Shown here in pieces: positions 38,018 to 48,657 of a stretch of DNA of 48,657 bases. The notes beneath the pieces were generated by a model that saw only the letters and a program-made list of their open reading frames with translations, was not told the origin of the DNA and did no database searches. This DNA comes from Octopus bimaculoides (taxonomy: Eukaryota): NCBI RefSeq assembly GCF_001194135.2, contig NC_068981.1, positions 49,096,381 to 49,145,037 on the forward strand, written 5' to 3'. The first letter of the stretch is position 1, and every line of letters begins with the position of its first letter. Position numbers and translations under genes: made by a program.

Positions 38018-38927
38018 TGGGCAATTATGGAGTGAATTTTAGGGCTTAAAAATCTAATAATTAGCCGAAACTTTGTGTGAACAACAAACAAGATGAGGAC
38101 AAATATCCATCAAATGTAAATAATATAAATAATGTAGATCATTGAACATATGAAATGGAAGATCAACAGTTTTATTATGAATCTGTATTTGTGTGCGTAT
38201 AGGGGTGTTTGTATGTATACATAATATCCTTGAACGTTCACTCCATTTTGACCTATATGTCGTCATCATTCTCCCTCGTTTATCTCTCACCACACTGGAG
38301 TTTCTCTTCCTACATCTCACTGAACAACTAAGTATATTTCAACTTTTGATAACAGACCGATAATAATTTGGAAATATATATTCTTGGGAATTAGTATGAA
38401 ACTTTTTTATGTACTCAAAACCTAGTAACACTAGGCAAGTTTCAGGCATATATTGAAAGAGACAGACAGACATATACTTGAATCTTATTCATGCATTCGA
38501 AATAAAGAGCACCCACTATTATACGCTCGATATAAGTATTCCTTTTTCCGTATTTATTTCGAAGACAAAAATGCGAAACCGTTTGCTATTTAATTCTTTG
38601 CTTCTATGGTATTCTATTTGTTAATTGAAACATTGTTTCTCACTATTATTGAAATGAAAATTATATCAAAATATTAAATAAATACTCGATTGTTCATTTT
38701 TTTTATTGTTTTTAAATTCCACTTCTTCCATAACAGATATTTCATGACAAGTTTAATGATAAATATCTTTATAAAATATCGCGTCTTTTGTACATCCATC
38801 TAGAATTATCCCTACGATTTACATTAACTAAACATGCTACAGGATATGTATTTATGTCTATAGGAATATCATGTCTAAAGGTATTTCACATTTTTTTTTT
38901 ATTTGTGGGGGAAACAAATATAATGAA

Positions 38928-38987
38928 GGATGATATTCAATACTATTGTATTCTGCTGGATGATATTCAATACTATTGTATTCTGCT
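38928..38987 (+). repeat. Perfect tandem duplication of a 30-bp unit
   Basis: ggatgatattcaatactattgtattctgct occurs twice head-to-tail. Confidence 0.97.
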
Positions 38988-41963
38988 GAATTTATACTGA
39001 CAAAATGTTGTATTGGAGTCATATAAAATAATAGATTGATTATGAAATTAAATAACTTCAATTTTATGACATAATATCGCGGAATTGCTGTAACAATTAT
39101 AATATATTTTAAATAAAACCACAGCCCGGTTATACAAAATGAAAATTACGAAATTTTCTTCTACTTCTTTTGGCCAATATCCCCTTTCACTTCATGTAAA
39201 TACTGATGTCCTTGAACATGTGGCTCCTTTTGCTTTTAGAATATTCTCAAATTTAATATATTTCCAGAATATTATTATTGTTTGTAGAGAAGAATAGAAA
39301 TTGGATGTGACTAGGATATAAAGATGCATATCTAAATGATATAAGCGAAAATGTTTATTTAAAGCGGGATATGCAGTGGGATGAATTGATATTTTTCCTT
39401 ATGATATACATTTAATTCCATCTGAAGGTGGATTATAGAATACATTTTGATGAGTTATCGATTGACTTTTAAGCTCGTTTTGGAATGCATAATATTGCAA
39501 ATATTACATGTGTTTGTATATTATGCTTACTCATGTTTATGATTTGCGAAAGGTATAAAGGAAAATATTGTTTCTTGTAATTTAAAGGAAAAGAAGCAAT
39601 TTAATATCTAATGATTTTGCACCAGCAATATATCGTATGATAACATTACATACGGCATCGTGTCTGTTTTATTTTTACTATACAATTATGTACACGGTCA
39701 CGCGCGCGTACTCACACACACACATGTTTGTACATGTGTTTGTATAAATATACATTTGTATGTACATACAAACATTTCAAACTCTCTAGATTTACTGAGT
39801 GAACAATCACACACACGCATATATGCAATATATGTGCACACACACACATATACACACACCCACTCAAACAGTAACAGTAGTGAAATGCACACACCTGTTC
39901 TGTCGTATTGCAAGATGATCCGCACACATGTACATTTGCATATTGCACTCGCATATATGAATACCTCAATTAATTCAAGTAACGAGAAACTCAAGCAAAG
40001 TCATTGCTGTGACAAAAGCGTTTTGCTACTTATTCAGTAGTCGGTTTGAATTCGGCAAAGAAAATCTCATATACACATGCATGCATACATACATACATAC
40101 ATACATACATACATGCATTTGGGGAAAGAAATCAAGGAGTTACCTAACATATTACAAATCCAGTATATAAGTGAAACAGTATAATATGCAAGGTTCTTCT
40201 GAATTTAAAAATGTTAAATTGTTTTTGTAATTTACATTCTAACAATGGAGTCTTTGTTAGAAATCAGCTATTCCTCAAGTGAAAACTTAAATAAATAAAA
40301 GTCGACAGGAACATACATACATACATACATACATACGTAAGTACGTCAGTACATACGTAGAAAAGATAGAAAAACAATTATGAATCTTTCTTTGTATTTC
40401 TGACCGTTTTGTTTAGAATAGCAACACGAAATAACGTAGAAACAGCGCTTCGTTTCAAAGACTTATTTCCCTATTATCGAATTAACAGCAAAAAATACAT
40501 GAAGATTCCACAATGAGATTCAGCTATAAGAATAAGATCTTCAAGAATATGAATTGTCTTTCCATCAACCTTCAATCTTAAACTCATCTGTGATGGCCTT
40601 GGTGGAGACTGAGGTCTAAGCTTTGATGGAAAACGTTTGATAATAATGTTGGTAGACTGGGCTACACAACAACGAAAGTCTGTCATGCATTTTTATAAAA
40701 CAGAAACACTATTCTCAAGTAAAAATTATAACATCTGATGCAAGATAGGAAAGAGAACATGGTGTAATGTACAAAATATGTACTATTTGTAAATTAATGA
40801 ATAAAGATGAAGACTTTCAAACATATCGACTTGAAAATTCTGTACAAAAAATTACTTAATATATAACTATTATGCAGCAGTTCGATTACTGGTAAATAAT
40901 ACCAGTTTGTTGCCAATAAAAATGAAAAAAATGTTTGTGATAGACAATATATTGAACATAGTTCGGTATGTCGTTTATATACAAGTTGAGCATATTTCAA
41001 ATAGTTAGGAAATAAAACCACAATATGTCCAGCAGTATCTAAATGTCATAACGTTGAAAGAAATACGCTGATGTGAATCAATAACGACATATGACTGGTC
41101 ATTTAAGAAACGAAGAATATATCAAGACTGCCTAATAAAGGGTTTAGAAAGATTGATGTTATAATATACTCAGAAATCGAACGTTTCTTCTTTACAGAAT
41201 TCTTATTGAAGTTGTCGTTATTATCGCATTTCTTTAAGATTTAGTATTTTCACATTAAACGAGCAACTTATTGCAGTCTGATCAAGAAACTATCTCAGTC
41301 GTTATTATCTTTAATTGGCTATTTAAGGCATTCCTCAGCAAGCACCCTCTATAATTTCCCTTTATATTTACGGATGGCAAAACCTATCAATTTATATCAG
41401 ATGTAAGGAATTTATATTAACCAGATTTCTTCATATCATGATTTATTTCTGCTAATATTACTCTTGAAGCATAGTAAACTCTCTAATATGAATATTTTCT
41501 TTTTCGAAAGGACTTATCGGTTTTCATTTGACACTTATAAAAGATTTTAGGCTCATGAACATTTAGAAGTATATTCAAATACAGCATGTTCTGCAGACTG
41601 ATTTATAGAATTTCGAGGTTTATGTGGCACAGGTAATTTGACGACTAAGTAAACATACAAAAATAGTTTATGAATCTATAACATGGTGATACGTACCAAA
41701 ATAACAAATGTTTGTACATAATGGTCGTTTGCTTTATGAATATGTGTAGCACGTGGTTAACCGAAATGCAAATGTTTTGAAATATCAGATACTATAATAC
41801 ATAAAATATAAAATAAATTTTAATGTAAATATGTACAAAATATTCATCATGCATACAACTTCATATATGTCTACACACGCATATGTTTATGCATAAAACT
41901 GTATACAATTGTAAGCATATACATATACGCCGAATGGCATACTTTAGACACATTGATATACAT

Positions 41964-42001
41964 ACGACAAATGGTTTCACGAGTATATCAGGTCCTGTAC
42001 A

Positions 42002-42037
<36 letters not shown>

Positions 42038-42044
42038 TATGTGC

Positions 42045-42096
<52 letters not shown>

Positions 42097-42127
42097 TAAA
42101 TGACGGGAAATACACGCAGTTTACATA
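41964..42127 (+). repeat. Bipartite direct repeat copy 1 (unique flanks around a microsatellite; partner at 44469-44919)
   Basis: The left flank acgacaaatggtttcacgagtatatcaggtc(c/a)tgtacata matches the partner at 39/40. The right flank tgaaataaa(t/a)ga(c/a)gggaaat(a/g)cacgcagtttacata matches at 33/36. Confidence 0.9.
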
Positions 42128-42333
42128 CACACAAACATATATATANNNNNNNNNNNNNNNNNNNNNNNNNNNNNNNNNNNNNNNNNNNNNNNNNNNNNNN
42201 NNNNNNNNNNNNNNNNNNNNNNNNNNNNNNNNNNNNNNNNNNNNNNNNNNNNNNNNNNNNNNNNNNNTATATATATATATATATATACATATATATATAC
42301 ATACATATACACATACATACATACATACATGCA

Positions 42334-42367
<34 letters not shown>

Positions 42368-42377
42368 CATACATATA

Positions 42378-42570
42378 TACAGCGCTTGGACAAAATAATG
42401 GAAACACTTTACAATTTCAAACACTTTATTTTCATATGGGTCGGACCGCCTTTTGTCAGTAATTATAGCTTGAACTCTACGAGGGGTTGACTCAAACAAA
42501 GTTTGAATTGTTTCGAAAGGAAATTTTGTCCATTCTTCGGCTAAAATAGGCTCCAGTTTTTGTAATAGAA
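42378..42570 (-). mobile_element. Tc1/mariner DNA transposon 3' end: transposase C-terminus plus one TIR and TA target
   Basis: The minus translation LQKLEPILAEEWTKFPFETIQTLFESTPRRVQAIITD, then KGGPT.Y after a frameshift, matches Tc1 LxxEWxxIPxxxIxxLxESMPRRxxAVIxxKGGPTxY. The terminus is TA|CAGCGCTTGGACAAAATAATGGAAACAC (Tc1-type CAGTG-like TIR). No partner TIR was seen. Confidence 0.87.
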
Positions 42571-42838
42571 ATACATCATATTCCTTTCATTTCTGTTGTT
42601 GTGGATATTAATTTTAGTAAATATATTTCTAAAATAATAGAAATGTTCCTGACATAAGGAAGGTATTCAGTATTATAGCCTTTCCGATTTGATTACGTTA
42701 TCCAATAAAATTTTTATCATGTAGAAATAAATCATGAAGGGATTTATAGTAATCTGAGAAAGATTTAACAGTATCAAATTATTTTAAGATGGAAGTATGA
42801 TGAGGTAACATGTATATGAGGTGTTACTCTTTCTCCAG

Positions 42839-43026
42839 TATAATTAATCGACAGTCATCTTGTTTTTTCACATATTTTCACAACGATTACGGAAATTGTT
42901 TATGCGCATCAGGTTCTTCTATTGAAGCGCAACCATATGAAGAAGAATACAGAAATATGATGCTATTCCGTTTGCGTTTGTGGACATGCGCTAATCCATC
43001 GTTTTCAAAAGTGAATTTTATCTTAG
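42839..43026 (+). other. Alternative candidate exon with open frame; ATG at 42957 gives MMLFRLRLWTCANPSFSKVNFIL+G
   Basis: Acceptor ttactctttctccAG| and weak donor TAG|GTATAC. The frame is open across the whole exon and its phase-1 end is compatible with 43599-43631. Confidence 0.2.
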
Positions 43027-43598
43027 GTATACTCTGCACGAATTCAATTTCTAGTTACATCAAAATGGGGTAGCATAGTGATCATTGTCAATAGACTATG
43101 TGGCATTGAACTTTGTCAAGAATTGGATTAGATAGAGAGCGCAGAATTTGTTGCGATAATGTGAATGACACCATCCCCACCAAATATTATTCCTTCACTG
43201 CCTTGGATGAATATTATATACATACACATGTGTGTATGTAGGTATTGTATGTACATATACATGTATATATGTATAACGCATTGCGTAATATTATCTACTA
43301 CAACGCTTCTTTGTTTTTCTCAACTGTAAAAGTCGTACGTCCCTAGCTAAAGCATAAACATATTGCAAACCGAATATTTTTTAAAAAATATTTAAAATAT
43401 ATATTGCCAACATGTTTTCTCAAATTTATATAATTTATCTTTTTCGTCTTGTTTCTTTTTCTCACTTTATTTGGTATCTTTGTATTTTTATTTTTTTCGT
43501 GAATAAAATATAGAAATAATATTGAATGACATTGCTTTTCTACATTTTATATTACTTCCTTCTCTTACAATGATCTACTGCAATACCTTATTTTTCAG

Positions 43599-43631
43599 GA
43601 TGTATATTTTACATGTGTTTATTTCTGTGCA
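43599..43631 (+). CDS. Candidate 33-nt micro-exon encoding a hydrophobic segment ((G)CIFYMCLFLC in phase 1)
   Basis: A long T-rich tract ends in ccttatttttcAG|, and the donor is GCA|GTGAGT. The length is divisible by 3 and all three frames are open. Joined to 33630 it gives MLRRTPKKGCIFYMCLFLC, which resembles a signal peptide or anchor. No homology was recognised. Confidence 0.33.
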
Positions 43632-44468
43632 GTGAGTGCGAGACAGTTGTGTTCCAAAATACATGTTATTTTTCTTTTTGAATTGTATTCTAGAATTCTA
43701 GTTAATGCAAAGAACTACAATTTAAGCACACAAATACTAATGCACACATACGGACACAAGGATGTAAGCAGATGTCAGTAAATATATGAACAACACATGC
43801 ATACGAAATATATTAATGCGTATCTGACTAAAATATTTCTACATTTGGAAAGATGTTTCATGTGTTATCGTTTTGCAGATATATTTAGAAGAAATAAATA
43901 TATGCTATACATACAATATTAAAACAAATGCTAGCTTTATTTAGTCGTTCACGCAGAAATTATGAAAAATTGTTTTACTTATTCTTATAGTCTTTCTCTA
44001 TACATCCGAATTACATCGATTTCTTGTCTTTTATATATGTATGTACGTATGTATGCATGTTTGTATGTATGTATATATATATATGTATCTATGAATGTAT
44101 GTATGAACGTGTGTCTGTGTGTTTGTATGCCTCTGCGTCTGTGTATGCACATATGTGTGTATACACACATATGTATGTATGTATATATGTAAGTATGTAT
44201 GTAAGCATCTGTATATACATTCACCGCAAAACCTAAGAAAGAAAACAGGTCAACCAGATGAAAATCTAAGATCACCCTGGAACGAAAATTGGAGTAAACA
44301 CCTTAACGAAGAAATAAATTGTCAACATTGAGCAGCTCTGCGCATAGTTTGTTACCTACCACACGCTGAGAAAGCTCATGCCAAATGTTAACTGCGTGTG
44401 GTAGGAAGGATCTATCGCAGAATTTCATCAATGACCATGCCAGCCTGTGATAAGAAAGCAACGGATAA

Positions 44469-44500
44469 ACGACAAATGGTTTCACGAGTATATCAGGTCA

Positions 44501-44532
<32 letters not shown>

Positions 44533-44919
44533 NNNNNNNNNNNNNNNNNNNNNNNNNNNNNNNNNNNNNNNNNNNNNNNNNNNNNNNNNNNNNNNNNNNN
44601 NNNNNNNNNNNNNNNNNNNNNNNNNNNNNNNNNNNNNNNNNNNNNNNNNNNNNNNNNNNNNNNNNNNNNNNNNNNNNNNNNNNNNNNNNNNNNNNNNNNN
44701 NNNNNNNNNNNNNNNNNNNNNNNNNNNNNNNNNNNNNNNNNNNNNNNNNNNNNNNNNNNNNNNNNNNNNNNNNNNNNNNNNNNNNNNNNNNNNNNNNNNN
44801 NNNNNNNNNNNNNNNNNNNNNNNNNNNNNNNNNNNNNNNNNNNNNNNNNNNNNNNNNNNNNNNNNNNNNNNNNTATATATATATGAAATAAAAGAAGGGA
44901 AATGCACGCAGTTTACATA
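44469..44919 (+). repeat. Bipartite direct repeat copy 2 (partner at 41964-42127), spans a gap
   Basis: It has the same two flanks around (TA)n plus the N gap. The right flank is also the left terminus of the foldback element. Confidence 0.88.
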
Positions 44920-45846
44920 ATAATTTTTAATATATTTTATAAATGGAAAAGTATTTTTTGTGGACAGATTTCGCCTTCGCTAATCATGATCTTGAAATTA
45001 TTGCAATTTCGTATTTCCTAAAGAAGATTTTAGTCCATGATATGATGGAGGTTTGTGAATAAAATGAACCAAGTAGAAATATCAAACGGGAGGTAATTGG
45101 TGATCGTTAATGTTCAGGTCAAGGGAGCTAATTGCTAATTCTGAGGGAGCGGGGAAATTAAATTACAAAAACTCAGGACCTGAAATATTGAGGTAAAATC
45201 TTTAAAGTGAAGTTTATGTGAGCATGAGCTAAGATATATACTGCGTTCATATTTATGCGTGTTCTGTAGTTTTCGATAAATAAATTCACTTTATTAAAAC
45301 GTTCTTGTAAAGAGCATTTCTTTGCACTGCTAGATGGGGTTGAATGTCAGGATTGGTTCCATATTACCTACACATCTCTCTATGTGCTCCCTGAAACGAA
45401 CCTATTTGAACCGTGGTAAACGGATCTATTCCTTATGTAGTGTGGTTCTCCGTCTAAGTGCCGTACTTGCCTGTCCGATATAGTTATGTCCACAACCTTA
45501 ACAACTATAACATAAATTAGATTTTCGGAGGCACAAGTGAAGTTGGTTTTAATTTTGAACCTCTATCCCTTATTTGAATAAGAATTCCGAGCCTTCTTGC
45601 AAAAATAAGCAATTACCTTCCATGTCCTGAATAGCAATGATCACAGATTAACTCCCCTTAGATATTTCTACCAGTTGATTATTTTCATTCACAAACCCCA
45701 ATATATGACATGGACGAATAATTTCTAGATCATGATTAGCCAAAGTGAAACCGGTCGACAAAGAGTATTCTGTCATTTATAAAACATATTAAAAATATGT
45801 ATTAACACTATATAAACAATGTGCATTTTCCTTCTTTAACTTCATA
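44882..45846. mobile_element. Foldback/MITE-like element with long (~270-300 bp) degenerate terminal inverted repeats, flanked by (TA)n
   Basis: The left arm 44882-~45175 aligns, with indels, to the reverse complement of ~45540-45846. Matching segments: tatgaaataaaagaagggaaatgcac / tatgaagttaaagaaggaaaatgcac; gctaatcatgatcttgaaattatt / gctaatcatgatctagaaattatt; gtagaaatatcaaacgggag / gtagaaatatctaaggggag; and 42/56 identity from 45088. There is no internal ORF. Confidence 0.82.
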
Positions 45847-45876
45847 TATATTTATATACATATCTATGTATATAAA

Positions 45877-45909
<33 letters not shown>

Positions 45910-46327
45910 NNNNNNNNNNNNNNNNNNNNNNNNNNNNNNNNNNNNNNNNNNNNNNNNNNNNNNNNNNNNNNNNNNNNNNNNNNNNNNNNNNNNNNNNNNN
46001 NNNNNNNNNNNNNNNNNNNNNNNNNNNNNNNNNNNNNNNNNNNNNNNNNNNNNNNNNNNNNNNNNNNNNNNNNNNNNNNNNNNNNNNNNNNNNNNNNNNN
46101 NNNNNNNNNNNNNNNNNNNNNNNNNNNNNNNNNNNNNNNNNNNNNNNNNNNNNNNNNNNNNNNNNNNNNNNNNNNNNNNNNNNNNNNNNNNNNNNNNNNN
46201 NNNNNNNNNNNNNNNNNNNNNNNNNNNNNNNNNNNNNNNNNNNNNNNNNNNNNNNNNNNNNNNNNNNNNNNNNNNCAGTGAAAGTATGCAGACTCTTCAA
46301 GAATCGATCCTTTTGGTTATAGTAATA

Positions 46328-46445
46328 ATAATAAAGGAGTTACGACGCAAAAACGTATAAATTCAAAAGAACATATTTATCTTCTTCAATATATATTTCA
46401 GTATAAAGAATTCATTAAGATGCTTAAATCAAAATTTCTTTACAC
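46328..46445 (+). repeat. Direct repeat copy 2 (118 bp, partner at 36403-36520)
   Basis: 117/118 identity, 9925 bp offset, with different upstream flanks. Confidence 0.95.
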
Positions 46446-48533
46446 ATCATTCAGGAATAAGTATAACATCAGAAAAAATACACTCCGTTTAAAAACACAA
46501 AACGTTCATGGCGAAAAAATTTCGAATTGTTTTCGCCATGAACGGTGGAGGTTACAATTCTGTAGAGAAACAATTCTTTCTATCACATTATGCCACTTTC
46601 GATACATCAAAATTTCAGCTGATTATTTTTCATATTGTTTGCTTCATTATTTTACTCAAAAAGCTGCTTGGCTTCTTTATGTCAATCTGTAAAACTTTCT
46701 TTTTCATTTTATTCATAACATTCTAATGCACAAGCCTGCGATATAAGCTACCTTTGTCATATCTAATATATGTAGACGTCATAAATATAAGATTATGAAA
46801 TACTTTCTGTTTATTATTCCATGTCATATTCACACTAATGTTTTTTTGATCTGAAAATTATCTTAGTATATACATGCGTTGATGATGCGATTAACAAGTA
46901 GTGCTGCGCGTTTTCATGAATAGTATGGTTATCATATGCCGAATTTGTGTTGCTAAGACATAGTGTACAGTAATATGCACATTAAAAAAGTAGAATCTAC
47001 GTTGTATACGTATTGTTATTTTGAGGGGTTATGAGGACTATCAACTGATTTAAAATACTACTTTTTTTTACTTTTTGGTCATAGTATATCTGGATGTTTG
47101 CGCTGAACATTTTGTAAGCGTTTCCGGCAAAACTTTAAGATTTGCCTGAATTTTTAAATTATTATATCTATAATCACTCGTTCAAGATTTCATTCTATGC
47201 AACATATAGGCATGATAGTTAAACGTCTTGGTGTCTTCAACATACACAGCTTCGCAGCTTTAGTCTCTAAGTATAATCTTTTGAAACATGTTCCACATTA
47301 TCTTCCTTGTGCTAATGCATCCTTCTCTTTCATTTTCACTTCAGTTTCGGTTGCGTTGTTATAATTTGGATTACACTTGTTTGCATTCTAGAGAAGAGAA
47401 AGCATTTTCGATTTTCATATCGACATAACGACAACTTACTAGCTAGATATAATATGTCAATTTTTTTTTTTTTTCATTTTAAGCATTTTGTTGTATTTAT
47501 GAAATATGCTTATCTTTTCTTATTTTCAATTGTGCTTCAATTGTCTTTCATTATTGATTCTCTGTAAAACTGAAAATCATTTTCACTTTTCTTATGTTTT
47601 CTGAGTGTTTCTTTATATTCTTATTTGATTTCATGGATTTACATCTAACTATGTGGGCATTTATTAGGAAGTACACACATTTTTTTGTAAATTGATGTGT
47701 TTTCTACATAATTTATTTGAAATACATTAGTTAAAGTGATGTTCACATCTTTCTCGACGCTGGATTAAATTTCTATTTCTATTGATAATTTGTCAATGAG
47801 AGACAGTTCTTAGTAGAGGAAGTCAATTCCACGTCTAATAATTTGTTAAAATATATTGAATATTTCCTCTAACTCCATGTGACAATAATTTTGTGGATAG
47901 GTTTAAGTATAAATTTTGTGTCATAGTATCTCCTTGACAAAGCCTGTATTTGAAACGTATTTTGTGAAATTTGATTGCGTATACATACAACTGCTATCAT
48001 TTCAAAATCGTTGTGCAGTTTTTTGTTTGTATTCTCGACATCTATAACTATTTTAAAAGTTTACACTCACTATCTGGCGCTGTGAACAGGAATGTTGGTA
48101 ATGAGGCAACACATTACATTCGGTAGTATATCGACAACTCAAACTTACTTCAACGTAAAATTTCAATAAATAAACTAAGGTATGAGAAATGAATAACAAT
48201 TTATGGATATACGTTTTTTTTTCTTTTGCTTACAATTCACATATTAAAACTATTAAAATTTCCTGAACATTTCTCTAGCGAATGCGTTCAGAATTTAGAT
48301 ATATTATGATCATTTCTACATTTCTAAAGCTACAGTATACATTTATTTGTAGATTGATTCCTCAATTATTACAGTTCCAGTAAGGTTTGGAATTATGCTT
48401 ACGCAAGAAGTTAAACTTTACAAGATATATTTCTTTAACGTCAAAGTGTGTGTATATTAATTCATAATATTTAATCTATCGGTATTTCTTTATTTGCTAA
48501 CATGACATATATCCGAGATTCAAGCAGCGCTGG

Positions 48534-48605
48534 TGTGTGTGGGTAGTGTGTGTGTATGTATGTGCGTATGTGTGTGTGTGCGTGTGTGTATGTGTGTGTG
48601 TATGT

Positions 48606-48637
<32 letters not shown>

Positions 48638-48651
48638 GAGTGTGTGTGTGT
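48534..48651. repeat. Imperfect (TG)n microsatellite
   Basis: Directly visible at the window end. Confidence 0.95.
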
Positions 48652-48657
48652 AGGATT

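Larger units (their letters stand above)
843..46275. other. 16 assembly gaps (N runs, about 6.4 kb in total)
   Basis: N runs at 843-1161, 3244-3497, 6663-7220, 8711-9170, 11626-12282, 13262-13913, 16744-16912, 17992-18453, 22042-22637, 24093-24390, 26763-26800, 35418-35791, 36521-37225, 42146-42267, 44533-44873 and 45910-46275. Most border (TA)n, (TG)n or (CA)n, typical of short-read assembly failure at microsatellites. Confidence 0.99.

Noticed and set aside
40474-40686. Minus ORF with LKVDGKTIHILEDLILI resembling LINE RT (IDGxxIExVxxFxYLGS)
   Set aside because: The YLG core and flanking motifs are missing, so the match is too weak.
762-46360. Long ORFs in the supplied track (X-rich, or YI/CV/HT/RE repeats)
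   Set aside because: They are artefacts of N gaps and dinucleotide microsatellites lacking stop codons.
41609-48379. Array of frame-preserving micro-exons (24 nt at 41609-41632, 27 nt at 48353-48379) forming a micro-exon gene
   Set aside because: Such AG...GT pairs are expected by chance in AT-rich DNA. The 27-nt one also creates a stop in the favoured phase-1 frame.

Overview
This is a eukaryotic, very AT-rich, microsatellite-dense scaffold window with 16 N gaps (about 6.4 kb). Most gaps border (TA)n/(TG)n runs. The repeat content resembles an octopus/coleoid cephalopod genome; this is an inference from recalled SINE consensus sequences and was not checked against a database. There is no intact, recognisable protein-coding gene, rRNA, functional tRNA or CRISPR array. 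Nearly all of the supplied ORF track is artefact from N runs and microsatellites. Well-supported content is transposon debris: two RTE-clade LINE fragments, a Penelope-like GIY-YIG fragment, two tandem R4/Dong-clade (restriction-like endonuclease) 3' ends, a Tc1/mariner end with its TIR, and several tRNA-derived SINE pieces. A Crypton-like tyrosine-recombinase relic is possible. Structural oddities include a ~300 bp hairpin palindrome (2234-2537), a ~965 bp foldback element between (TA)n tracts (44882-45846) and two dispersed direct duplications. Splice signals suggest two tentative, divergent transcription units. One is a minus-strand three-exon chain that stays in frame except for one UAG. 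The other is a plus-strand unit whose short exons could encode a signal-peptide or membrane-anchor N-terminus. Both are speculative.
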